Shown: in pieces, positions 40,401 through 52,300 of the stretch
Layout: each line of letters opens with the position of its first letter
How positions within the stretch are numbered: position 1 is the first letter of the stretch
Assembly: GCA_964035545.1 (NCBI GenBank)
Contig: OZ037769.1
Location: forward strand, 7,855,929 to 7,919,928
Reading direction: 5' to 3'
DNA length: 64,000 bases
DNA from: Bugula neritina
Taxonomy: Eukaryota; Animalia; Bryozoa
Position numbers and translations under genes: made by a program
The notes under the pieces: model-generated
Databases searched by the model: none
What the model saw: only the letters and a program-made list of their open reading frames with translations
Told to the model about the DNA's origin: nothing

Positions 40401-43400
40401 CTTGTGTGAGTGTGTGTGCATGGGTGTGTTTTCGCATGTGAATGTGCGTGTGACATGCTATACTAATTGTATAACAATTCAATGAATTAAAAAACAATTG
40501 AGGATTTTTAGACTTCCTGCATGTTTTTATTCTCTCTAATGTTCTACAGACCTGACATCGACAATATCCAAGGCAAACATCATCAAATATTTTACCGACA
40601 ATTGTACAATCTAATTCATACTATTTCGAGGGAGGACCCTTAGCACTAAAATATGTAAACACATATTTATCATAAGTCGTATATGTGTATATGCGTATAT
40701 GTGTATATGTGTATATGCGTATATGTGTATATGTGTAAATGTGTAAATACTAAATATCTGTATGTGTATATGTGTAGATATGTGTATGTGTATGTGTATA
40801 TATGTATATGTGTAGGTATGTGTATGTGTGTAGGTATGTGTATGTGTATATGTATATGTGTACATGTGTATATGTGCATATAACTTATTGTAAATAAAGG
40901 ATAGAATTGGCAAAGAACTTTTTAAATGTCTTATTTATATACAGATCACAGAACCTAGTCTTTGGTAATTACAATACATGCAGCCTGCAATAGTTATGTA
41001 AATTTCTTGGTTTATATTTAAAAAAATTACTTTTGCTTTGGCCTTCCACTCAAGCTAAATTTTCCACAGTGGCCTTTCGTCTCCAAAGTTTGGTTCTAGG
41101 TGCATCAGTGTTAATAACTTCTTCATATTTGTGACTTCGAAAAATCTTCTTTCTCTTATGACAACACTGAATAATTACATCACACACAATGGTAGCAACA
41201 GTGAGTGTGCCAAGTCCACTGCCTATATTTTGAAAAGTGGGAATAACATTGAAAGCTGCAGCTCTCGCATCTGTAGCTATAATAAACAGAATGCCATAAG
41301 CTTTTATCAGTTGCCTCTTCTGTACACCATTTTGGAAATAGTTGTGACTGAACCTGTAGTTGTAGCCTTTGGCAATCAAACTGTCTTCCCCTGAAGCATA
41401 TATTGTGCACACTGATAGGCTACGGTTTTGAATATCTATTTACTCAACTAATTAGACAGAATTTATAGCTGCTATTATTTTTAATTTTTTTTCTTTATCC
41501 TTCAGCAAAAATTAGAAAGCTATAACTTTTCAGCTATATCATACCTCAAGTTGCCTAACTAAAAAGTAAAGTTTTTGTTACTGTTCTAGAAATTATTTTC
41601 AGTAGAAATTTTGCTGTTGCTAGTAAAGTAACCAAAATGTTTCTTCATCTATCGTACTAAATGGCGTTCTGTAAAAGTCTTTTATAATTAAAACTTGTCA
41701 AAATTAGGACTGTGTGAAGTGGCTAGCTGCAGTATATTTAGCTTGGCAGGTCTTTTCAACTTTAAGTTAATAAATAACAATCAAACCATGTCAGCAGGAG
41801 CAACTATATTAGTGCATGCATGACCATTGTCAATCACCAACCTAGCATAACTTAGCCCAAGTGCTAAAGTTATTTTTGATGCATAAAAACAAGGTAATTA
41901 TAAGAGCATGTACTTACCCTTATCTAATCTGTCAAAAGTATACTTTGGTTTACATTTTGAGGGATTATGATCAAAATTACAATCCCAAGATATCCTTATG
42001 GAAACCACACCACCTGTATGACATAAACCAAGTCACATGAAATATTTGAGGCTCATTGAATTGGGTTCTGTGACTACTAGTAGCTTATGTAAATATTAGT
42101 ATTAATTTTTGAGTAGTTTACATAAAACAGGGTAATGAAGAAATTCTAACTGGAACCCAAAAACTAAGCATTCCAATCTTTTATTATTGTAGTTGTATGA
42201 ACAAAGTTTTTGCTTTTCAGGTCCTTATACATTAACCAACTAGTTGGAAATACAACTCCAGTATTCTGTCTAGTCTGCTTCCCTCTAGATAGAATGTATA
42301 TGTTTTGGTATAAAATAGATTAGTAGAATGCTCACTACCACAGAATTGATAGTTTTGTTTATAGATTTTTTTAGCCTCTATAAGAAGGGGGACAGATGTG
42401 ACACATTACATAAGCCAGTATTAATCATTGAACAACCCAAATACAATTATAAACAAGTTCACTATAATTTACACACTTGAGAACAACAATATGGTAACTT
42501 AGAAAACTTGGTATAACGAATAAACTGTTACATAACTATAAACTTGTTAATAATAATAAAAACAATTATAGGGAGTTATATAAAAATAATTACATGGAAT
42601 TTTAATTTATTATGTGAGTCAATACCTACATAAATAAATAACTACATAAGAACATCAGTCCTGTGAACAGAGCTGATAGTTACAGTAGTATTATTCAATA
42701 GTGAAGGTCACCAAGATGAGTCCAGATCAGTCTGACCTGGATACTTGCTAACTCAAGCACTTGGGATTCCTTGATTCTAGCTGGCTTGCTTAGACTACTA
42801 ATAGTTTAGTCAAGTAATTTTAATAACATGCTGCCAGTCTTTGAAATTTCAGAAAGTTAATCGATTGCCTAAATTAGGTTAATTAGCACTTATATAGCAA
42901 CTGTTCTGATGAATTTGTTAAACTATAAAGAGTTAGTTGTACTTTCATAAGAGCTTCAACAATTTGTATGCATTTTGTTAGAAGATCTGATGATGGTTAT
43001 TACGAATTAGTAGAATTAAACATTAACCACATGAGTTATTTTGGATTTTACTGTTTAAATTTGCAAATAAAATCCTACAATTGTAATTATTGATATCAGA
43101 TGACTTGGTAGATAGAAACACATAATATGATAACTAAGTGATGAGATTTTAATCATATTAAATAAAAAATACAAGTTACAATTCAGCTCTAATTATGTGG
43201 TGCTTACAGTCAAATACATAAGAATGACAGAGTTATTTTAAAATTAACTTCAATTAGCTCACACGAATAAAGCCATACTGGTTACTACTCACCCTTATAT
43301 GCAATCTCATCGTAGGTCTGCTTGTGTTTCATATGATGTTGAGCATGGTCGACAATGTAACCTAATTGAAACACTGGACAGAATGGGTCACTGTTGGCAT

Positions 43401-46400
43401 CATAGTTGCAGTGTCGAAGATAGCTTGCATTTGAGGATTCAATTATGTTACTTACACTTTTCTTATACAATGGAAAATACACATGATTCTTAATTAAAAC
43501 AGTAAAGGTTTTAGTGGCATTTAAAACTGGGTACCTAGTTGAAAGTTTCTCCTTTTCAATCGGACACCATGCTTTAACCATACACGTTTTTGTTGTTGCG
43601 TTACAAACTCCAGTGGTGACACCATGACCTGAGGGAAATTGTTTGTGGATTGGAAGGCAATCGCCATCTTGCATACAGTTGGCTTCAGGTACAGTCGAAC
43701 TCTCAGCACACTCTGATGGACTTTGATCATTTGTAATTATCATATTTGTCATTACAAAAAATGCATTGTTCTCTTCGGCTGGCACCACGATATCCGTTGA
43801 ATCCCACACCTTTTGATTGCCAACCCTAGGATCTTCTGTATACACAATACCTTTGACTTTTGTTGTTGTCCCGGGAAGACCAACATCTTCTCTCTGATAG
43901 CCTTTTTTGTAAATGAGGACATATCCAATAATATAGCCAATAATAAATCCGAGTTGCAAAACTCTGTGGAATCCCGCTATCCATATAGGCTTTATACTAA
44001 CTGCTTTAGCAGTACTGTACTCACAAAAGAAGTCACTGATTGCCATTTTTATGATTTCTTTTTTTTTCATTTTCATTTATCATTCAAAAATCTCCTCGAT
44101 TTAGTTGTAAATCCAGAATGCTACTGAAATACACATTAAATGATCATGGGGTGAGCATGTAGGATGGCCTGTTATATATAATAGACTATGCAAAACTTAA
44201 CCAATCAGAGATGTGTGCCAAAAACCATGCAAAACTTAGCCAATCATAGGTATGTAATAATTCTAATATCTCACCGTCTCAACTCAAAAATGTTCTGTAT
44301 GCTCAGTGTGATCTCTTAACTCTATCTATTAGCTCTTTGTGTAAGCTTAATAGCAAAATTCGTACTAGCTTTTGAAAAGTAGTCGTGTAACTTTTGCTAC
44401 GTATGCATTATTTTATGAGCCTTGAGTTGAGGCTTTAAAATTTCTGAATGAAATGTTTCAAAATTGCAATCGAAATTCTATGCCTGTGAATATACCCTGG
44501 GCAAGGTTTACCACAAATTCACTTTTGCTGTGTAGCATATATACCTTGTGGTTTTGTATTTATATAACATGCTCTTTAATTAAGTTTGGCTTGAAGTGCA
44601 GGTTTGAAATTTTAGAAAAGCACTCCTTCTTTAGCAATCTCTTTTATCTAGAACAGAGCCCTTTTTCAACACTTTTCCATTGCTGCACTTGCATTGCTAT
44701 TTGCAAATTTGCCTGTATTATCTTATTCTCGAGCCACATTGTAGACAGCGGTGATCTCACTTGAACTACTTTTGGTAATTTCTCTATATTGTTTACATTG
44801 GCTACTGCAGATACTTCAATTAGTCTTTACTAGGCAGTTTTAGAGTTTTGAGCTTTTAATAGGCACTTGTAGTATTATAAAATATAAATAGAAAGTCTTA
44901 GTCTTATAATATTTTATTATTTCATTATAATAAAAAATGTCTTCCGTTAGTCTACACCCGACTACAATTTTTAACATCTCAACTTCTCAATCAATCCGAA
45001 ATAACCTACTTAAGCAAAGAGATTGCAGTGTTTATAACCTGGGTTTTTTTTATAAATAAACATGTCTTGTATGCTTATTTTATCATGTCAATTTGGTATG
45101 TCCTGTTTATTATAATCCCTTTATACTGCAAGGGTGTCCAACCTTTTCAGACCGAGTGCTACTAAAAGAGGATATTCTGGTGGCGAAGTCCACACTGTAA
45201 ACCTAAGCATGAGCTGGGGGCCACAGCATTAGCATTTTCAAACTACTTTATTCCAAATTCCTAGGAATCATTACACAATCAAGCTCCAGTAGTTGCTGCA
45301 GGCTGCATATTTTATAGTATGTATATAAACAAGATATTCAAAATGTGGTCTTTCACTCTATTTCATATGCTGTAAAAGTAGTTTTAGTTTTATGCCTTTG
45401 AAGGCCACATAAATGTAGGCTGGGGGCTGCATCCGGCCTAGGGGCTGCCTGTTGAACAGCCTTGCTTTATAGCATGCTTGTTTTGCATTCTTTAAACTAT
45501 CTAACTACTCAGTGAGAGTTGAAAATACAGGCAGCAGAAAAATACCTTTTGTAAGGCCAGCATAATTTATAATTATTAGTTCATATTGTTTGCACACATA
45601 AAACCAATATTTATACTAATCAGATAATGGCATCGATGGGTAACATGCAGGTCAAAATTTGAAATCATTTATCACCGTGAAGTGAACATCCACATTTCTC
45701 TTTTCCTTGCGTGAGCTATGAATGTGTATAATGCCAGAATGTGCATTTTAAATAAAGTTTCAGCCAACTGTAAATGTTTGTAAACTAAACACAAATTTAG
45801 CCATATGTTTGTAATGACAGCACAAAGCTAAATGCAGTCTTGTACTTCAATTATTTCGAGAGTATAATTTCTTATGATTCAAATTAAAAAAGATACACTA
45901 CACTCTACAGGCTTTTAGCTGCTTTGAAGCTCTTCCATCAACATTGTTTCGGTAAAACCTTTACCCCTGATTCGAACCTGAGACCTCTGGCTTGCAAGCA
46001 GGCGAACTAACCATTACACCACATGAACCACTTGGTAAACTAAGCATTACATCTCACCTATTTCTCTTCACTCCACTGGCCTCAGAAAGAAAAATTCATT
46101 AACCCATTACATCACATTGTATTAAATGTAATTTGCACATGTTTCTCGCATTGGGTTAATCACTTACCATTTATGTGGCCTTCTAAAATGGCCAAACTGT
46201 GCTTTGTATGTATCAACATTTTGTTGCTCCTGAACTTTATGTTGTCTATGTGCTTCTTGTTTTATTTTTGTGTACTTTCACGTGTACACTTTTTTTTCTG
46301 TATATTTTTTGTTACAAAGTTTTACCAATGAACTTTCAATTGTAATTTTCAAACATTTAATTTAAAAAGAAAATTGAAAAATGAACTGATCTGACCATGG

Positions 46401-48513
46401 CTCAAAAATTTAAGATTAAAATAATAATGGTAATAACAAATAAGAGGACAACTGGCTTAGTTTTCCATAGCCTATTATTTATAATTAACTTGAATGCCAG
46501 CAGCTAAAGCCTATAGCCTGATGCTTAGACAATCTCATCAGTATCCGGTAAAATAGCACAAATGAAAAAGTGGGTATAAATAGCACATTTTTAATATTGG
46601 GGTTTGGGGTTAGAAGTGTGGATTTAAGGTAGGGGGAGGGGGGGTTGGGGTTAAGGTCTAGGGTGGAGGGTTGGAGGTTTGGGTTTAGGAGTTTAGAATG
46701 AAGGTTTGGGGTGGGGGATGGTTGGGGTGAGGGTTTGAGCAAGTTTAACATTAGTGTGCTATTTCTACCTATACTTAAGGAGCAGTAGTGAAAAAATTGA
46801 GATAGCCTAAGTTATTTAGAGTTCTTAATAGATTTTGGTTTGGGGCGAATGTTGAAAATCTTGTAAGAACATAACTTCTTTTGCTACATTTCTAATCTAG
46901 AATGCAGGCTTTTCTCAATTTCTTCATTACTGCACCTACCTCTTTCTACCTAAAATTGTCCAACAAAAGAAAACATAAGCTAATAATAACCTTGTGTTTC
47001 TGTTCTCCATTTTAATCAAAATGAACTTATATTGCCGCAGCAGTTCCTTGCTTAATGTCTAGTCATTTCTCTGATGGTAATTATAAATAATTACAAGTTA
47101 TACATCTGAAGTGGAAGAAGACATGCAGTGTAACTGTTGTTGTTAAAAACATTCAATTAATGTTGTCCGACACTGTTAATCTTGATTCAATGTGTGAATA
47201 GTTTATTAATAATGTGTATATTTTTAAATATTGCTTTTACACTTAACACTATGTAAATTGTTTGTAGAAGACTATATTAAGCTCTGAGTGTGTGTGTGTG
47301 TGTGCGCGCGCGCACATATAGCAGTTATAGTAGTAGTATAGCAACTATTCTTTCACCGCAGGCATGCTCAATCTGGATGCCACTTGACCCTGTGAGCCTG
47401 GAATCTACCATTGAGTTTGTGGCAGGCTCACAGCATGCCCCGGCTTTGTACCGCCCTCGAAAGTTTGCTACTAGCAACAACTACCCCTTGGTTGAAGATG
47501 CTATGGATGGGCAGTATGAAGATGTGCCTGATATAGAGAATGATCGCGATAAATACAAGATTATAAAGTGGGCTGTGGAGGTAAAGCTACCATCTCAACT
47601 TATTTTTAGATCATTGGAAGGAATCAAATTTCTGTTATTTACATGTTTATATGTTGATATTAAACATTTAAAAAGATGCCTTACAACTTTATAAGCATTT
47701 AAAGAAATGCTGTATAACTGTCTTCAGTATATAATTATTACAAAGTTGTTGATGTAATTTGAGCTCTGCGACCAGCCATGCAATATAAAGTAGTGAATGG
47801 CCACAGTGCTATAATATTATGATATATGGCTTAGCACATGTACTATAAGTTTATATTAGTATTGTTTCATCACTAGCCAGGAGATGTGATTGTGTTCCAC
47901 ATGAGGTGTTTACATGGAGCCCCTGAGAACCTGCAACCAATACAGAGACGTGTTCTATCTACCAGATGGTTAGGTGAGTACTTCTATGGAAACAATAATG
48001 TTTTAAATATATTATATTTTAGTATACGTAAAAAATAGTTTTACATAACATTAGATGACATCGTGACATTTTAGAACACACAAACATGGTTTCCACTTCC
48101 TCGTAATATACCATCGCAAGTCAATACAGTTTCGCTAACTGTTCTCAGAGAATTCCTCATCTAGCTGCAAGTTTAAATTGGAGTTATGAAATTTAATTCC
48201 TTTACAACCTCCAATAATTTGTGTCATAAAAATATATGTTGGAAATCTAAACTTGTCATGGGTCCGGCTATTTTTACAAACAGCCAGTATTGATAAGCCT
48301 CATGACAATTTGGCGACACAAAGATGTCTCATGTATCAGCCAGAGAGAATGAATTGCAAGATTCACAGATGACTTATTTCTGTAGGAGATGACTGCGTCA
48401 TTGCTAAGAGACCATGGGTCACATCTCCACCAATAAATGGTGGGCTACAACCTGGAGACAAGGCAATGTGTGAAGAGTTTCCAAGGGTTTGGAGCAAATC
48501 CAACCAGCGCTGA
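34403..48513 (+). CDS. PhyH-family (phytanoyl-CoA dioxygenase-like) 2OG-Fe(II) oxygenase, 6 exons
   Basis: Exons 34403-34542, 35813-35957, 37437-37541, 47362-47580, 47877-47973, 48386-48513 are in frame. Motifs EFQQNGAVCLR, TPWHVD (HxD), SIWMPLD, FVAGS, PGDVIVFH, LHGA (distal His) and RRVLSTRW. Confidence 0.9.
36008..36193. repeat. 21-bp minisatellite, ~9 copies
   Basis: Unit GTAGTCAACATTCACTGTGGT. Confidence 0.93.
36238..36315 (+). repeat. Short dispersed repeat (family B)
   Basis: TGTGGTTTCATTTGATGCAGTTGTTTCTAAACA...GAAAATTCATTC, matching ~49855 and ~52310. Confidence 0.6.
38190..38521 (-). CDS. Duplicated P2X terminal exon (alternative last exon or paralog remnant): end of ectodomain, TM2 and C-tail
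   Basis: Intact acceptor TTAG|GG GAA GAC in phase 1, the same as at 41390. Open frame GEDSLIAKGYNYRF...NIGSGLGILTVATIFCD...ENMQEV*. Confidence 0.7.
38708..39008. mobile_element. MITE, PIF/Harbinger-like (3-bp TSD)
   Basis: Long imperfect TIRs CCCCCTATTCACACTTACCGTA...TACGGTAAGTGGGAATGAGGGG, with TGA on both sides. The empty site is visible in the paralogous sequence at ~41560. Confidence 0.8.
39045..39655. repeat. Duplicated segment of P2X intron 1 (paralog at ~42412-43035)
   Basis: Colinear matches such as ACAATTATAAACAAGTTC, GAGAACAACAATATG, GTCAATACCTACATAAATAAATAA and GTTAGAAGATCTGAT. Confidence 0.85.
39705..40450. repeat. Duplicated segment (paralog at ~46185-47310)
   Basis: AAAATGGC.AAACTG, TCAACATTTTGTTGCTCCTG, AATAACCTTGTG.TTCTGTTCTCCATTTTAA, AAGACATGCAGTGTAAC and a terminal (TG)n are shared in the same orientation. 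Confidence 0.85.
40680..40880. repeat. (TG/TA)n compound microsatellite
   Basis: ATATGTGTATATG-type alternating purine-pyrimidine tract. Confidence 0.9.
41050..44076 (-). CDS. P2RX: P2X purinoceptor (ATP-gated cation channel), 3 coding exons, nested in intron 3 of the PhyH gene
   Basis: Exons 44076-43293, 42013-41918, 41390-41050 (phase 1/1). Motifs EYSTAK (YxTxK), TM1, KKGYQ, TTKVKG, VWDSTD, FFVMTN, AWCPIE, FTVLIKN, PFCPVF, GGVVSIRISWDCNFD, GYNYRF, KAYGI and TM2 NIGSGLG...CD. Confidence 0.93.
45129..45464. mobile_element. Degenerate hAT-like MITE
   Basis: The ends CAAGGGTGTCCAAC...GTTGAACAGCCTTG are imperfect inverted repeats resembling hAT/Charlie TIRs. The TSD is not clean. Confidence 0.5.
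45958..46030 (-). mobile_element. tRNA-Ala(TGC)-like SINE head or tRNA pseudogene
   Basis: Minus strand GGTTCATGTGGTGTAATGGTTAG...CTTGCAAGCCAGAGG...GGTTCGAATC. The acceptor stem is poorly paired. Homologous to 49644-49714. Confidence 0.6.
46568..46776. repeat. G-rich telomere-like degenerate tract between inverted repeats
   Basis: GGGGTT/GGGTTT hexamer-like runs flanked by AAGTGGGTATAAATAGCACA and TGTGCTATTTCTACCTATACTT. Confidence 0.6.
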
Positions 48514-49308
48514 AACTTACTATACATGATAATTTTGTTATATTACCTTAGAAATGATTTTGTATCTTGTAGTCCATAGCTGTACCAAATACACATTCTA
48601 TGCAAAAGCATGCTAGCATTAAACATTAATACTTTTACTAAACACGTAGTTGCCTGGCAGAAAAATGATCTTCTGTCTACTCTACACAGTACTCTATACT
48701 ATAGTCAGTTGATCACACCTGCATAGCCCATGCAAGTAGGCATCAGCTATTGGCAATGTGTAAGCTTTATTGTCAACAGGTGAAAGTTTTACAGACTGGA
48801 ATTTAAAAATATACAACAAGCTTTCTCATGCAGCTGACACAACTGAAATAGTGGATAGGCAAGAAATGCAGTATATAGTTGTACTCTACTACATAAATTT
48901 TGCAGCTGAATATTTCAGGAATAAAAATACTTCTCAACCTGAATAGCATTGAAACACAAATGAAGAGAAAATGTTCAAAAATAGAAAGTAAGCTTTCAAG
49001 TTATGCATATTGAAACAGGAAATGAAATCTTGTATTTAAAATGAAACATTATAATAGAAAATATATCTGATATGGATGGATAGATAAAATGGAATGCAGT
49101 ATAAAGTTACTAAAAACCTTTAGCATTTTTCAGCTTTCTAGCACATGTAACACATAACAGGGGAGTACTTAAAAGAAAAAAAACTTTAAAAAAGTTGAAT
49201 AAATATGAAATAAATTAAATTAGGAATGTTTTGTAGCATTAAAATGTATTTCTAGATATCACAAATAAAAAGAGTCAGTTTGTAACTATTGAAACTTAAA
49301 CAGAATAA

Positions 49309-52300
49309 TTAACCCTGAAAATAGTTCTTCCATTTAGTCAGAGTTGCCTTTCCTTGAGTCAGCCAATCATCTCTCGATATGCATGACTGGTAAAAGTTGG
49401 GTAATCTGGCCAGTATGCAAGCTCCAATATATGCAGCATGATGTCTGTGGACACTAGCATGCACCTGCAACCACAAGCAGATCGTGTCACCATGTGTCAA
49501 CAGCAGTGAGATTAAACGACACCGGCACTTTATTTAATGAAGAGTATAGCTATCTTAATAAACTGTGTTATCCTCTATTATGAGTCATCACCATAATGAG
49601 TCATTTAAAAGCTGTTTAGCCAGTAAAATCTGAAAAATAATTTTGCTCCCACTGGGACTCGAACCAAGTCCTCTGGCTTGCAAGCAAGTGTGCTACCATT
49701 ACACCACAGGGGCCACTGGGTAAACTCAACACTAGAAAATCGATTAATAACCAACAAATACTATAACTATTACAGAGAAGACATTCACTGCGTTCCTATT
49801 CCATTTATGTGGTTATGGTTTGCATTAACTTATGGTTGCAATTTGCATTACCCTATGGTTGCGGTTTCATTCGATGCAACTGTTTCTAAACATTGACTGA
49901 AAAATCCATTCCCGTAACGAGAAGCTTAGAAATGTAGTATATGGCTGCCAGAGTTGAAGTCTAAACCTGACTAGATATGAGCAATGATAAAAGTTTAATG
50001 ATACAAACAAGCTGCAAGAGTTCTAACAAATTGTAATCATATAAAGAAGACAAGTTGTGGCTGTGATGTGAATTTGAGAGTATTGCATTATTCTGAACTG
50101 CAGTGAAATATCATTTCGGAATCACATAATCTAGAAAACATACGTTCGTATGCCAATATTTGCAATATCATGCTATTGGACAGTTATTATGCTATTTTAA
50201 AGCTTGCTTGTATTTATTTAACTCCTCTGCTTTAAAGGTGGAATCTGAAATTAACAGTATATTATATTACACCCAATTGTTATTACCTGCACAGTGACAG
50301 AGGGAGGAGCTATCTCTTTGAGTTCCGCCTCCAGCCTCTCAGAAAAACCGTCAATGAGAGTTGTTCCCCCACTTAAATATATACTTTGCCACATTTCCCG
50401 CCTTAAGTCCATAGGACATTTAGTTATGACTTCCTTAATCAGCTGAGGGAGGGTTTGACTATCTACTCCAAGTAACTCACTTTTTAGTAACCCTTCAGGA
50501 GCCTTAAACCGGGCAGAATCGACTGTGATAAGCCTGAAAAGGTACAGAGCAAGAATAATATTATTCACCTTTATATAATTAAAAACATTAAAACCCCTAA
50601 AATTATTGTTATATGACACCTTAAAGTTGAAATTTAATTTTTAGTTATGTGCTGTAAGCTTATTAAAAACATTTTACACATAATTATAAAGTTTATATAG
50701 ATGCTTTTAATTATTTATTTTTGAAAATAAGTGCCATATTACTTGAAGAACTTAGCCTGCTTGAGACTTGAACATCACACAGCAATCAACCTGACTGCTG
50801 ACAGAGTTTACCTTAAATGAGCACCTTCAGGAAAATCAAACTGTTCCAGATCAACAGTGGCTTCACACAAGGAGTTATCTCCCATACATTCAAGTAAATC
50901 GTCTTCATAGTCTTGTGATACGAAGCAAGTCTGAAATATTTGCAGTTTACTAGACATCTTATGTGATACCACTTTATTTTATTCCTATATATGTGATAGA
51001 ATTGGTCTAATTAAGCTTTCTACCGCACTAAAATATTATTTTAAAGCCATTTTGCATCATACTGCTTAAACCTGGGGTTATCAATCAGCAAAAGAACCTA
51101 AAAGAATGTAATACGAAACCTAAGAATGCTTTTTTAATCTTTAGTAGATATTGAAAAAGTCGAACTGCATGCTGCAGTAATCTAATTAAATCGGAATGAA
51201 TATTTTTTAGATACTTCAATGTAGTTTTTCGTTTGTTAGAAAAATTGCATAAACTGATAAAAAAGCAATCACGCACAACGTAAGCTTAGCGAGATTTTTT
51301 TTACATCAAAATAGAAGCATGTAAAAATGCTATTCCAGTGTGTTTCAGGCTGGTTGGATAATAGGCTTTCTCATAATTAAAAATACTAAGTATTGGCAAT
51401 GGCCCGTGGAACTCATAACGTTGCTTTTAAAAGCTGGTTAGAAGTTAAAAGATGATTGTAACTTTCTTCCAGTCGTTTTAAAGAAACAGCAAAAGATTAA
51501 ATAACCATATCGTGTATTGAACTCTAATCTCCAGCTCTTATGTACCACTTCAGGTATCAGTAACACAAAACTAGATGATGCAATATCTAACTAACGTTCT
51601 CCTTGATGAGTCTAGCCACCAGATGCTCAACTGGAGTAAACAATCTGTACTCCATGAGAGAAGAGTTCAGATTGTCTGTAATTCTCGAGCCTCCGAAAGA
51701 CCTGCGGATACTCCCACCATCCACCAGGTATCCTGTAAAGTCAGAAACACAAATAGTATAAACAGTTTCTACCATTTACACAAGAATTGTGGAGATTTAC
51801 TGATAATAACCAACATAGTGTAATACTTTTACACATTAAAATATGTGATACCATGCAAAGGAATAAAAATCTTCATACAGAAGGCATCATTTAACCCAAC
51901 ATAATGCATATAATGGGCACTTCTGCTATCCTAAATTACGGAATTCTTATTCCGCCGCAGATCTCTACTAAGCGACTCAACCAAACTCTTGGTTTCTAGT
52001 GGCATAAACAAGTAATAAGTAAGATGCCTTTTATTTGTAGTCAGATATGGCATATGAAATTTGTGAACTTCAACTTAAAAGTTTTCTGCACATTAAACCT
52101 AAAATTGCACTTTGATGGAAACTAGTCAGCGCAAGGAGAACTACACAATATTCATACTCTCATCTACGCTATTTTTGAACAACTAAACTATTTGCTTGAG
52201 AGGTAACATTAAAACCTCCAGGTTTAACTATTACTGTGTTTTCTTTCCTTTGTATAATGTGAATGGATGTTCGTACAAGTGATTTTGTGATTGAGGTTTG

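Noticed and set aside
40611-40913. His/Ile/Tyr/Thr-rich ORFs
   Set aside because: They come from the (TG/TA)n microsatellite.
46485-46751. Pro-rich 88-aa ORF
   Set aside because: It is the reverse-strand translation of the G-rich repeat tract.
34403-48513. Horizontal transfer of a bacterial-like PhyH gene
   Set aside because: The gene has five ordinary spliceosomal introns and host-like composition, and the family occurs in animals. No phylogeny is available to support transfer.
45958-49714. Two functional tRNA-Ala genes
   Set aside because: Acceptor and anticodon stems are poorly paired. They are better explained as SINE heads or pseudogenes.
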